Part shown: positions 17,034 to 25,082 of the stretch, one piece after another
How the letters are laid out: each line of letters starts with the position of its first letter
Position numbering within the stretch: position 1 is the stretch's first letter
IMG/VR virus record: IMGVR_UViG_3300047335_000135
Location: 1-36,394 of that record
Strand: one strand, 5' to 3'
Source of the DNA: a virus
Length of the DNA: 36,394 nt
Notes under the pieces: generated by a model
Told to the model about the DNA's origin: nothing
Seen by the model: only the letters and a program-made list of their open reading frames with translations
Databases searched by the model: none
Translations under genes and position numbers: made by a program

Positions 17034-17396
17034 ATGTCATCAGCGAATAGCTCTAGGGCAGTACATCTTCCCGTTTATTCTCTTGCTTTTGGGGGTATAG
17101 GCGCAGGCTATGCTCATCTTGTAAATGCTGCTGGAGCATTTGCCATACCCTATCCAGCTCGTATTGTAGCAGTACAAAATTATACCGATGTAGATGTCAT
17201 GATCTCCTATAATGGCATCGATGATCATTACCCTGTAAGATCAGGCTTTATCTGGGATTATTCTTCTGATACTGCTACCAATGCTGGAGGATTTTATCTT
17301 CCTTCAAATACCATATTTTATGTTAAGCAACTTACAGGTGCTGCCGCTACCCTTGGTGGCGTGTATATTTCAGTCGTTGTTGGCGAAGACATATAA
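17034..17396 (+). CDS. Hypothetical fibre-module protein
   Basis: 120-aa ORF with the RBS agggagtaag. Confidence 0.5.
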   Translation: MSSANSSRAVHLPVYSLAFGGIGAGYAHLVNAAGAFAIPYPARIVAVQNYTDVDVMISYNGIDDHYPVRSGFIWDYSSDTATNAGGFYLPSNTIFYVKQLTGAAATLGGVYISVVVGEDI

Positions 17397-17404
17397 GGAG
17401 TATT

Positions 17405-17890
17405 ATGAGCCAAATTTTAACGCTTAATGGCGGTGGTGGCGGTGGTGGTACTGCCGTTACCAAGATACAGGGCGATGTAGGTGGACCTGTATCTCCTACG
17501 GGTGCCGGCATCATCGATCTTTTTGGTGGAACGGGAATTCTTGTTACGGGCAATCCGGGTGCTAACACGGTTACTATTGCAACAACCGGCACAACAACCG
17601 TTGCTTATCACCGAGTAAATGCCTCACCTTATATCGTAAATGTTTTGACCGATGAGTTTCTTGGCGCGGATGTTACGGGTATTCCTATCAATATACAGCT
17701 GCCCAATCTTCCTCCAGTAGGCCGAGTGTTTATGATCAAAGATATTTTTGGTAACGCCGCAGCTAACAATATTACCATAACTGTTGTGGGCGGGATCACC
17801 CTTATAGATGGTGTAGCAGCTTATGTCATGAACACTAATTTCTCTTCTGTTCAGGTCGTGTTTGATGGTGTTTTTTATTCAGTCTTTTAA
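17405..17890 (+). CDS. Fibre protein paralogue A (Gly7 run near the N-terminus)
   Basis: The C-terminal domain ...MIKDIFGNAAANNITITVVGGITLIDGVAAYVMNTNFSSVQVVFDGVFYSVF is paralogous to the C-terminus of ORF 17906..18445. Confidence 0.6.
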   Translation: MSQILTLNGGGGGGGTAVTKIQGDVGGPVSPTGAGIIDLFGGTGILVTGNPGANTVTIATTGTTTVAYHRVNASPYIVNVLTDEFLGADVTGIPINIQLPNLPPVGRVFMIKDIFGNAAANNITITVVGGITLIDGVAAYVMNTNFSSVQVVFDGVFYSVF

Positions 17891-17905
17891 TATTAAGGAA
17901 CTTCC

Positions 17906-18445
17906 ATGGCATATAAAAGAATTAGTCCACAACCAGTTAATGAAGGCGGTACTGGCGCTCTTACCTTTACAGCTCATTCAGTATTGTTGGGACAAGGAAC
18001 CTCAGCCGTTACTGCGCTAGGTGCTGCTACGAACGGACAACTGGTAATTGGATCGGCAGGAGCTAACCCGGTACTTGCAACATTAACGGCAGGGAGTGGT
18101 GTATCAATATCAAATGGTTCAGGATCTATTACTATATCAGCTACAGGAACTTCTACTTTTAATTATACAGCTGTGAGCACTACACCTTATGCTGTAGCAG
18201 CTACTGATGATTATTTGGGCGTAACAACAACAGTTCTCGCTATAACTATTCAGTTGCCCAATGCTCCAGCAACCGGCAGATCATATATTATTAAAGATAC
18301 TTCCGGATCTGCTGCTACAAATAATGTAACGGTTACCACAGTAGGCGGTGCGGTTACTATTGATGGTGCTACCACATTTATAATGAATACTGCTTATCAA
18401 TCCATTGAGGTTATATTCAATGGTGTTTCATACGAAGTATTTTAA
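17906..18445 (+). CDS. Fibre protein paralogue B
   Basis: N-terminal anchor motif MAYKRISPQPVNEGGTGA. The C-terminus ...IIKDTSGSAATNNVTVTTVGGAVTIDGATTFIMNTAYQSIEVIFNGVSYEVF matches ORF 17405..17890. Confidence 0.6.
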   Translation: MAYKRISPQPVNEGGTGALTFTAHSVLLGQGTSAVTALGAATNGQLVIGSAGANPVLATLTAGSGVSISNGSGSITISATGTSTFNYTAVSTTPYAVAATDDYLGVTTTVLAITIQLPNAPATGRSYIIKDTSGSAATNNVTVTTVGGAVTIDGATTFIMNTAYQSIEVIFNGVSYEVF

Positions 18446-18454
18446 GGAGATAGT

Positions 18455-19426
18455 ATGGGCTATAAACGAATAACGCCTATGCCGGTAGTCGAAGGTGGTA
18501 CCGGCGATTCAACTCTAGGATCAACACAGATTCTTATAGGTAATGGCACATCCGGTATTGCTTCTACATCTAATGCAACCATAAATACAGGAACGGGTGC
18601 AATAACACTCAATAGTGGAACTGGTGCTTTAGGTATATCTACCGATGCGTCTGCCACAACGGTTAGCATTGGAACGGGCGGAGCTGCTAAAACTGTATCT
18701 TTGGGAAGTACCAATACTACATCTACTACGACAGTTCAAAGTGGTTCTGGTGGCATATCTGTTGCCACATCAACAAATGGTACTATTGCCCTTACTTCGG
18801 GCACGGGTGCGATTAATATTGGAACTGATGCTAATGCTAAAACGATAACTATAGGAAATACGACTACAAGTACTGCTACTAATATTAATCTTGGCACTGG
18901 CAATATGACGGTGGCATCTGCTACTGGTACGCTCATTACACAAAAATCTACCGGAGAAATGACTCGGCCTTTGCAGCCGGCATTTTTCTATTATCAAGCC
19001 AGTAATTCATCGGGAGTTACCGGCAATAACACTACGTATACATTTGGATCTTCTACGGCATTAACAAAGCTTTTTGATCAGGGTAATAACTGTACGACTG
19101 CGGGCGTTTTTACGGCACCCGTTACCGGTATATACATGTTTAATGCGTGTATGCGTTTAACGAGCATTACTACCGCTATGACCCAAGGTAAAATTACGAT
19201 AGGAACTTCAATATCAAGCAATGCTGTACTAACTAACTATAATCCTGGTGCGACGATTGATAACTCTGGTCAATTAAGTATGCAGGTAAGCGGACTTATA
19301 CAAGTAACCGCATCATCAACTATTAGTGTATTTATTGTACTTATTAATGGAGCAAGCAACGCAGCAGTTATTCAAGGTTCATCGGGAAATTATCTCAGTT
19401 ATTTTTCTGGCTATCTCGTATGTTAA
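18455..19426 (+). CDS. Fibre protein with a C1q/TNF-like globular C-terminal domain
   Basis: N-terminal anchor MGYKRITPMPVVEGGTGD. The C-terminus ...LFDQGNNCTTAGVFTAPVTGIYMFNACMRL...YFSGYLVC fits the C1q pattern (N.G...tG.FtaPv.G.Y.F ... FsGfL). Confidence 0.6.
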   Translation: MGYKRITPMPVVEGGTGDSTLGSTQILIGNGTSGIASTSNATINTGTGAITLNSGTGALGISTDASATTVSIGTGGAAKTVSLGSTNTTSTTTVQSGSGGISVATSTNGTIALTSGTGAINIGTDANAKTITIGNTTTSTATNINLGTGNMTVASATGTLITQKSTGEMTRPLQPAFFYYQASNSSGVTGNNTTYTFGSSTALTKLFDQGNNCTTAGVFTAPVTGIYMFNACMRLTSITTAMTQGKITIGTSISSNAVLTNYNPGATIDNSGQLSMQVSGLIQVTASSTISVFIVLINGASNAAVIQGSSGNYLSYFSGYLVC

Positions 19427-19435
19427 GGAAATATC

Positions 19436-19477
19436 ATGTCAAATAAAGCGCACGGTACTAATTACGAAGTATTTTAA
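19436..19477 (+). pseudogene. 13-codon remnant of a fibre-gene 3' end (MSNKAHGTNYEVF*)
   Basis: Its last codons and the following spacer (tacgaagtattttaaggagatagt) are identical to the 3' end and spacer of ORF 17906..18445 at 18431-18454. Confidence 0.55.
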
Positions 19478-19486
19478 GGAGATAGT

Positions 19487-20110
19487 GTGAGTTATAAACG
19501 CATAACACCTCAGCCAATTGTCGAGGGCGGCACTAATGCCTCTTCTATGACCAATACGGATGGTGTTGTTTACTATGATGGAAGTAAATTAAATACAACA
19601 ACAGTGGGAACTGCTGGTCAAGTGCTTACATCAAATGGTGCTGGAGTTGCGCCAACATTTCAAGCTGGTGGTGGAGGTAGTAATCCAGCAGCAAATTGTT
19701 CGTTTGTTGCTCATGCTTCTGCTGGAAGTCAAACAGTAACTGCTGGAAATATTACTACAGTAACATTTGGAACTGTTGTTACTAATAACGGATCTGTTTT
19801 TGCAGGTAATACATTTACAGTTCCAACATCAGGAAAGCTTTATTATCTTTCTTTTGGGATTACCGCACAAACAGCATCTACAGTCGATTCCGCCTACATT
19901 AATGTAAATGGCACTCAGATAATATATACACATAACGTATCAACAATTGCCACAGGATATTTTACTTTTTCAGGATCAATTGTTGTTCCGCTTACGTCTG
20001 GAGATACCGTTACTATTAGCTATCAAAACGGAAGCGGAACAACAAGTGCAACACTCCTTGGAGATGCAGCTATTTATTATACGTATTTTGTAGGATATCA
20101 ACTTACATAG
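19487..20110 (+). CDS. Fibre protein with a C1q/TNF-like C-terminal domain (GTG start)
   Basis: N-terminal anchor MSYKRITPQPIVEGGTNA. The C-terminus VTFGTVVTNNGSVFAGNTFTVPTSGKLYYLSF...TYFVGYQL fits the C1q-like pattern. Confidence 0.6.
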   Translation: MSYKRITPQPIVEGGTNASSMTNTDGVVYYDGSKLNTTTVGTAGQVLTSNGAGVAPTFQAGGGGSNPAANCSFVAHASAGSQTVTAGNITTVTFGTVVTNNGSVFAGNTFTVPTSGKLYYLSFGITAQTASTVDSAYINVNGTQIIYTHNVSTIATGYFTFSGSIVVPLTSGDTVTISYQNGSGTTSATLLGDAAIYYTYFVGYQLT

Positions 20111-20117
20111 GAATTTT

Positions 20118-22169
20118 ATGGCAAATAAAGCACGACGTCTTTCGGGTATTAATACCCTCGCCTATATGGGCATAGATCCCATAACTGCCCCCTACCTCGT
20201 AGTAGAGCAGCGCATACCCACACAAAATGATCTCGTTGGTATGCAAATAGGTGCCATATGGATACTTGAAGAGAACTTTGAAAATAATGTCCCTCCGCGC
20301 ATATTCTTCCTTTGTGGCCTTAATCGAAATATAGCAGACTGGATAGAGATACTTACCGCAGGTGCAGGTGTCGCTGAAGAATTTGTTACTGATAATGGCG
20401 ATGTATTTCCTGCTGTGGGAGTTATTAATGTAAATGGTGGCATATCTACTGGTGGAGCTGCTACCAATATTAATACATACGCCAATCCTGCAAATAGCAA
20501 CAATCTTGTAGTAGCTCTTAATAATTCTATTTCTCAACCTAATACCTCAGCTGATGGCACCAAAGGGCTTTATAGCCTTGGTGGTCAGCCATTTCTTTAT
20601 AACTATGGCACACGCAATACTTTTGTAGGATCTAATGCTGGTAATCTTACATTAACTACTGCATCCGCTACCGACAACACCTTTGTGGGATCATTTGCGG
20701 GCAATGCTGTTACCACGGGCAATCAAAATACATTTGTTGGATCTAGTGCTGGAAGTCTGGTTACATCATCAGCCGGAAACACTGCCTTGGGCTTCCAGGC
20801 TTTAAGTGTTGATACTAACGTTGCTGGCGCCAATGTGGCTGTGGGATGGAATGCTTTTGGTGCCGTTACGGCCGCTTCTTCATCAGTTGCCATAGGTTAT
20901 AATGCTGCAAATGCAAATAATAATGCCAACAACGATGTTTGTATTGGCTTTAGGGCTATGCAAAATGCAGCAACTGCGGTAGGTGTATCGGGCAATACTG
21001 TTGTGGGTGCACAAGCACTTCAAAATGTAACTTCTTTCGGTAATACAGCAGTTGGCAAAGGATCATTACAAGCATTAACATCGGGAACTGGAACCGCTGT
21101 CGGCATCAATGCATTACAATCTGAAACAACCGGCCCACATAATATAGCTATTGGTAATGGTGCAGGGCAAGCACAAAATGGTGCTAGTAATAATCTTTAT
21201 ATTGGAGATGCTGCTGGAGCAAATAATCAATCCTCTACCGTTATGGCAATTGGTTATAATGCTTTAAATGCCGCTGCTAATTTAAGTACTTCAATAGCAA
21301 TTGGCAACGCGGCTGCACAAAACTCTGGACCACTTCTGGCCGCACTTATAATTGGCCATGGTACCGCGGGTACTATTAATAATGGTAATGTAGGAACTAC
21401 AAATAACAATATATTCATAGGTCATGATTCGTTACAAGCAGCAGGTTTAGTTGGTGGACAGGATATTGTTATTGGAAACTTTGCTGGCAATTCTATGACG
21501 ACGGCTACACAAACTACCTGTGTTTCTCATCTTGGATTTGGCGCTCTCACCACAGGAGTCCACAATACCGGAATAGGCCATCAAGTGGCAAGTGCTCTTG
21601 TTACCGGTAGTAACAACTGCTTTATGGGATATATAGCCGGCGAAAACTATACGGGAGCAGAAAGCAATAATATATGTATTGGCGCATCAGTAACGGGAAC
21701 CGTGGGTGAAAGCAATACCACCCGTATCGGTGTACAAGGCACACAAACTAAGTGCGTTATAGCAGGCATACGTGGTGTTACTACGGGCAATGCTGACGCT
21801 ATTGCAGTCTTAGTTGATAGTGCTGGCCAACTTGGAACCATATCCTCATCTCGTCGTTATAAAGAAAATATAGATGATATGGATGATGCAAGTGATGCTC
21901 TCTATAAGCTACGCCCTGTAGTGTTTAACTACAAATCAGATGAAACAAAGCGCATGCAATATGGTCTCATAGCAGAAGAAGTAGAAGAGGCGATGCCGCG
22001 CCTTGTAGTATATAACGAAGATGGATTACCAGAAACGGTAAAATATCATGATCTACCTGTGCTTTTACTTAATGAAATCCAACTACTTAATGCGCGGATA
22101 ACTGATTTAGAGGATGCTAGAATATCGCGCAGATCACCTTGCAAAGAATGTAGCATTTCGATACAGTAG
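20118..22169 (+). CDS. Large tail fibre/spike with a C-terminal intramolecular chaperone (peptidase S74-type) domain
   Basis: Repeats of NTFVGSNAGN / NTFVGSFAGN / NTFVGSSAGS type, resembling YadA-head or fibre repeats. The C-terminal ISSSRRYKENIDDM...LRPVVFNYK...YGLIAEEVEE..P.LV...DG.PETVKYHDL matches the auto-cleaving chaperone domain of endosialidase-type fibres. Confidence 0.75.
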   Translation: MANKARRLSGINTLAYMGIDPITAPYLVVEQRIPTQNDLVGMQIGAIWILEENFENNVPPRIFFLCGLNRNIADWIEILTAGAGVAEEFVTDNGDVFPAVGVINVNGGISTGGAATNINTYANPANSNNLVVALNNSISQPNTSADGTKGLYSLGGQPFLYNYGTRNTFVGSNAGNLTLTTASATDNTFVGSFAGNAVTTGNQNTFVGSSAGSLVTSSAGNTALGFQALSVDTNVAGANVAVGWNAFGAVTAASSSVAIGYNAANANNNANNDVCIGFRAMQNAATAVGVSGNTVVGAQALQNVTSFGNTAVGKGSLQALTSGTGTAVGINALQSETTGPHNIAIGNGAGQAQNGASNNLYIGDAAGANNQSSTVMAIGYNALNAAANLSTSIAIGNAAAQNSGPLLAALIIGHGTAGTINNGNVGTTNNNIFIGHDSLQAAGLVGGQDIVIGNFAGNSMTTATQTTCVSHLGFGALTTGVHNTGIGHQVASALVTGSNNCFMGYIAGENYTGAESNNICIGASVTGTVGESNTTRIGVQGTQTKCVIAGIRGVTTGNADAIAVLVDSAGQLGTISSSRRYKENIDDMDDASDALYKLRPVVFNYKSDETKRMQYGLIAEEVEEAMPRLVVYNEDGLPETVKYHDLPVLLLNEIQLLNARITDLEDARISRRSPCKECSISIQ

Positions 22170-22208
22170 ATTTACCTATTGTATGGTGAGAGATCACCGT
22201 TTTTCATC

Positions 22209-22234
22209 GGGGGGAGAGTTAAGCCTCCCCCTTT
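22209..22234. terminator. Bidirectional terminator candidate between convergent late and early operons
   Basis: gggggag-agttaagc-ctccccc followed by tttgtg, with a run of A on the other side in antisense. Confidence 0.6.
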
Positions 22235-22237
22235 GTG

Positions 22238-22897
22238 TTATGAGCTCTTTCTTTGATTTACCGTAGTGCGTATTTTGTCTATGGTCTTGAGATATTGATC
22301 TTTAGGTATGTCGCTCATTTTCTGTATATTAAACTGTTTCAGTATTTTTTCTGCTATATCAGTATGTTCGCCTATTTCAAACATAATGTTCTTGATATTA
22401 TCTGAGCTTACTCTCTCGTAATTATCTCTGAGTATTGGTGCATTACCTAGCTTAGGCGTATCAGGTTTGGTCTGTATTTTTTCTTGATCTTCTCTCTCTT
22501 CTTCTCCGTCGTTGTCCTTATCTCCGTGTATCCCAAAAACAAGGCTGATGAGGCTCTTTTTCCTATATGTGAGATGCGATCCCCATGCTTGATCTTGAGT
22601 TTGTTGTTTGTTGGGTTGCACATCGTTTTCTAAAGGCATAAAACACTTTATCCATTGACCACTAGAGTGTAGCAGCATGATATAGAGAGTTTTTCCATAG
22701 TTATCACGTTCTACATCTTTTATAAAAGCTATACCATACTTTGATAGTGGGGCTCTTATAGTATCAAGGAAATCATTTGCCTGAGCGTATGTATATTTTC
22801 CAAATGGGTTAATTGCATGTGTTCCAGGGTTATGCATTTCTCCCTGGGCCTTTGCAAGCGCAGTAGCTATTTCATTTATATGTTCGCTGTGGGTCAT
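22238..22897 (-). CDS. erf: ERF-family single-strand annealing recombinase
   Basis: INEIATALAKAQGEM...GKYTYAQANDFLDTIRAPLSKYGIAF...LLHSSGQW...QAWGSHLTYRKKSLISLVFGI follows the ERF superfamily pattern (ALAKAQ...YA.L..v.d.v.p.L...Gi...H.SG....G...TY.rRY.l....gi). Confidence 0.75.
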   Translation of the reverse strand: MTHSEHINEIATALAKAQGEMHNPGTHAINPFGKYTYAQANDFLDTIRAPLSKYGIAFIKDVERDNYGKTLYIMLLHSSGQWIKCFMPLENDVQPNKQQTQDQAWGSHLTYRKKSLISLVFGIHGDKDNDGEEEREDQEKIQTKPDTPKLGNAPILRDNYERVSSDNIKNIMFEIGEHTDIAEKILKQFNIQKMSDIPKDQYLKTIDKIRTTVNQRKSS

Positions 22898-23340
22898 TAA
22901 TTTTCCTTGTTCTTATCAGCAGCAAACTTCTTCTCGAGCACGCCATGCAGATTATGGATGCTCTTCATCCACTTATAGAGATCGGCATATTCTGGTAGAT
23001 CTTCTGCTACCTCTTTTTGTATAGGCTCCATGGCTATACTTATCAGCGTAACGTGGTTGATCAGGCTGATCATTTCAGCATCAAGTGGTATCTTAGCCGC
23101 ATCCCCTTCATGTTCTTTATCTGCGCGCATTTTTACCGCATGATAGGATCCTGAAAGATGCCTATTAAAAAGATCTATGGAGTTGTAGAAAAAGGCTGAT
23201 GCCTGCTCCTGTGTAATGCGTTGGATGGCATAGGCTGGAGCATCTTCCTGTGAAGTAACCTGAGGAGCTACTTGTGGAGCAACCTTTTTCTTTGGATAAG
23301 CTCTTTTTTTCTGCATAGTCTTACGCACTGCGTCTACCAT
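22897..23340 (-). CDS. Hypothetical early protein (start uncertain: 23340, 23316 or 23403)
   Basis: The ORF is open to 23403. ATG 23340 lies 7-8 nt after agggaga. The stop overlaps the erf start (ATGA-type junction). Confidence 0.45.
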   Translation of the reverse strand: MVDAVRKTMQKKRAYPKKKVAPQVAPQVTSQEDAPAYAIQRITQEQASAFFYNSIDLFNRHLSGSYHAVKMRADKEHEGDAAKIPLDAEMISLINHVTLISIAMEPIQKEVAEDLPEYADLYKWMKSIHNLHGVLEKKFAADKNKEN

Positions 23341-23527
23341 AAACTGGTCTCCCTGGCATATCTTTTTCACGTTGTGGACAAACACCGTTCTTAATATAGT
23401 CATTTTGTAGATAAGTTCTAAATGCTATTTCTATGATATGACTGAAAGCAACACGATCACGGTAGGCTATATCTTTGAGATTATCTATAATGGATGATTC
23501 CATATAGAGGTTTACTGTTTTCTTCAT
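23321..23527 (-). CDS. Ribbon-helix-helix-like small DNA-binding protein
   Basis: KKTVNLYMESSIIDNLKDIAYRDRVAFSHIIEIAFRTYL fits a strand-helix-helix pattern. The start overlaps the upstream stop. Confidence 0.45.
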   Translation of the reverse strand: MKKTVNLYMESSIIDNLKDIAYRDRVAFSHIIEIAFRTYLQNDYIKNGVCPQREKDMPGRPVYGRRSA

Positions 23528-23814
23528 TTTCTATTACATTCTTTTTCTGCTCGGCTCATTTTATCTAAAAACATTAGTGCCATTGCATCGTTTTCCATAT
23601 TTGGAATATTTTTTTTTATGCTCTGCATTTTTTTATCAAAAAGTTCTGCTTGCACATCTGCTTCTATTTGGTATCTATATTTTGGATAGATAGTATCTCT
23701 AATGAATATGTATAATCCTCCTAATACCACAAGGGATCCTGCTATAATTAGCAATCCCAAAAACCACGCGAATGCCTTTTCATCGGGAGTACAATCTTTA
23801 TATTCTTTCATCAT
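23524..23814 (-). CDS. Small single-pass membrane protein
   Basis: I chose the start at 23814 (MMKEYKD), 5 nt after gagga. The TM segment is AFAWFLGLLIIAGSLVVLGGLYIFI. Confidence 0.5.
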   Translation of the reverse strand: MMKEYKDCTPDEKAFAWFLGLLIIAGSLVVLGGLYIFIRDTIYPKYRYQIEADVQAELFDKKMQSIKKNIPNMENDAMALMFLDKMSRAEKECNRK

Positions 23815-23919
23815 TTTATTCCTCGGTTTTCTGTGATGCAATTATCATTTCTGCTACTTTTATCGCAAATTTCTCACTACTATCGAATTCGACATCATTT
23901 TGTATATTTTCTATAAGCT

Positions 23920-24066
23920 TTATGTTAGATATAACAGATCATCTATGTTTCCACCGTTATATACGTATATAAAAGTTCCAATAAACCATGCTATTATTGC
24001 CGCTATTGCAAAATAAACCATGACTTCAACTGCCTGGCAAAATATACGTTCAAATAAAGGTCGCAT
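23920..24066 (-). CDS. Small membrane protein (48 aa)
   Basis: My translation is MRPLFERIFCQAVEVMVYFAIAAIIAWFIGTFIYVYNGGNIDDLLYLT. The RBS aggag lies 5 nt upstream. Below the track cutoff. Confidence 0.45.
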   Translation of the reverse strand: MRPLFERIFCQAVEVMVYFAIAAIIAWFIGTFIYVYNGGNIDDLLYLT

Positions 24067-24074
24067 GTATTCTC

Positions 24075-24155
24075 CTAATGACAATCACATAACCTATTAT
24101 AAATACAGACCATTTCACACTCTTCGCACACACCACAAGGTATCATTTTGCTCAT
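24075..24155 (-). CDS. Tiny Cys-rich ORF (26 aa), uncertain
   Basis: My translation is MSKMIPCGVCEECEMVCIYNRLCDCH. The RBS aggag lies 5 nt upstream. Confidence 0.3.
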   Translation of the reverse strand: MSKMIPCGVCEECEMVCIYNRLCDCH

Positions 24156-24163
24156 ATCGTCTC

Positions 24164-24436
24164 CTAATACAGTACCTTAAAACGCCATGTTTCTATTTCG
24201 CCACTTCTATAACTATCCAGATCTACAGTAGCTAACTCAGGTATCTTGTTGTATTGCACAGTTCCCTTACGAGTTTCACACACGAATGAAAACCTGCCGC
24301 ATTCAAACGATTTGTTATCCTGGAGTAGTTTTAGCTGTGCCTTGATATTTTCTTCTTCTAGCTCGTATTTTTTGCGTTGTGCTATAGTTTGAGATAGTTG
24401 GTTGGCTAGATTAAGCCATGTGTTGTTGTTAATCAT
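24164..24436 (-). CDS. Hypothetical coiled-coil early protein (90 aa)
   Basis: ATG 24436 overlaps the stop of the upstream Cys-rich ORF (ATGATTAA), which suggests translational coupling. The protein starts MINNNTWLNLANQLSQ... The longer track ORF (to 24613) overlaps the Cys-rich ORF in another frame. Confidence 0.45.
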   Translation of the reverse strand: MINNNTWLNLANQLSQTIAQRKKYELEEENIKAQLKLLQDNKSFECGRFSFVCETRKGTVQYNKIPELATVDLDSYRSGEIETWRFKVLY

Positions 24437-24707
24437 GGAGTGCTGCCTTGGTGAGTGCTGCTCCTGTATTGCCACGTGATGCATCAAAGCAATTAAAGCA
24501 ACCATAATGATGCTCGCCATCAGCGCAGTCCAAACACCAAAATGCTTCCACTGTCCACGCGCACTCCATCGAGCACACTTCTGGATTAAGCCTGTAGCAA
24601 GACCTATTAACATATGACTCCCTGCAATTTATGCAGCTGTTCTTGATTTCCATGAGACACCCTTTCGTATGCAGCACCCCTGCTGCGTTTTCATCTACTA
24701 CTATCAT
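24429..24707 (-). CDS. Cys-rich (zinc-binding-like) early protein
   Basis: CINC...C...CSMEC...CLDCADGEHHYGCFNC. ATG at 24707; the track ORF starts at TTG 24731. Confidence 0.4.
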   Translation of the reverse strand: MIVVDENAAGVLHTKGCLMEIKNSCINCRESYVNRSCYRLNPEVCSMECAWTVEAFWCLDCADGEHHYGCFNCFDASRGNTGAALTKAALHD

Positions 24708-24829
24708 ATACTTGAATATGTTGAGTGTCAAGTATATTTTTGATATAGTTGGATAATGATTGGCATGGTTGACTGGGATGCTCTTACTGCATCAAGGTAC
24801 GGTAATAGGAAATTTTCCTTTTGGGGATA

Positions 24830-25082
24830 GTACCCAAGCTTTTTTGGTTGCATACTGCCATGAATCCCGGAAAACGATACGGACTGAAGATGTGACAAAG
24901 CGTCACGAACTGAGAGCGGTACCCAAGCTCAAACCAAAGCGGTACCCAAGCTCAAACCAAAGCGGTACCCAAGCTCAAACCAAAGCGGTACCCAAGCTTT
25001 TTTCCCTAGAATAAAGGCTTTTTTGGGTGCATAATGCCATGAATCCCGGAAAATTGTGTATGAGTGCGTGACAAAACGTCAC
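24830..25082. repeat. Two copies of a roughly 80-nt module flanking a tandem array
   Basis: Each module contains gtacccaagctttttt (24830; 24988), the exact 19-mer tgccatgaatcccggaaaa (24856-24874; 25035-25053), and a palindrome gtgacaaaRcgtcac (24892-24906; 25068-25082). Confidence 0.85.
24916..24999. repeat. Tandem repeat, 23-bp unit gcggtacccaagctcaaaccaaa x 3.6 (iteron-like)
   Basis: Three perfect units (24916-24938, 24939-24961, 24962-24984) plus a 14-15 nt partial fourth unit, read directly. Confidence 0.95.

Noticed and set aside
17429-17449. Gly7 tract (ggcggtggtggcggtggtggt) as a slipped-strand phase-variation site
   Set aside because: It is a mixed-codon tract, not a homopolymer or a perfect short tandem repeat. 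Any slippage would be in 3-nt units and would preserve the frame.
23772-24235. Plus-strand ORFs 23772..23972 and 24020..24235
   Set aside because: They run against the operon direction. The minus strand here carries small ORFs with good aggag RBSs (23920..24066 and 24075..24155), which explain the region better.
24164-24613. Full 149-aa version of the minus-strand ORF
   Set aside because: Its N-terminal 59 codons overlap the Cys-rich ORF 24429..24707 in another frame. The internal ATG at 24436 overlaps that ORF's stop (ATGATTAA), a typical coupled junction, so I prefer the 90-aa version. This choice is uncertain.
24916-24999. Possible CRISPR array
   Set aside because: The 23-bp units are directly adjacent with no spacers, so this is a simple tandem repeat and not a repeat-spacer array. 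There are no cas genes. The TnpB-like gene is 5 kb away and unrelated to this repeat.
24760-25014. 84-aa ORF on the plus strand (MAWLTGMLLLHQG...AVPKLKPKRYPSSNQSGTQAQTKAVPKLFSLE)
   Set aside because: Its C-terminal half is simply the 23-bp tandem repeat translated, since 23 is not a multiple of 3 and so the frame changes with each unit. It runs opposite to the surrounding operon, and I saw no RBS.
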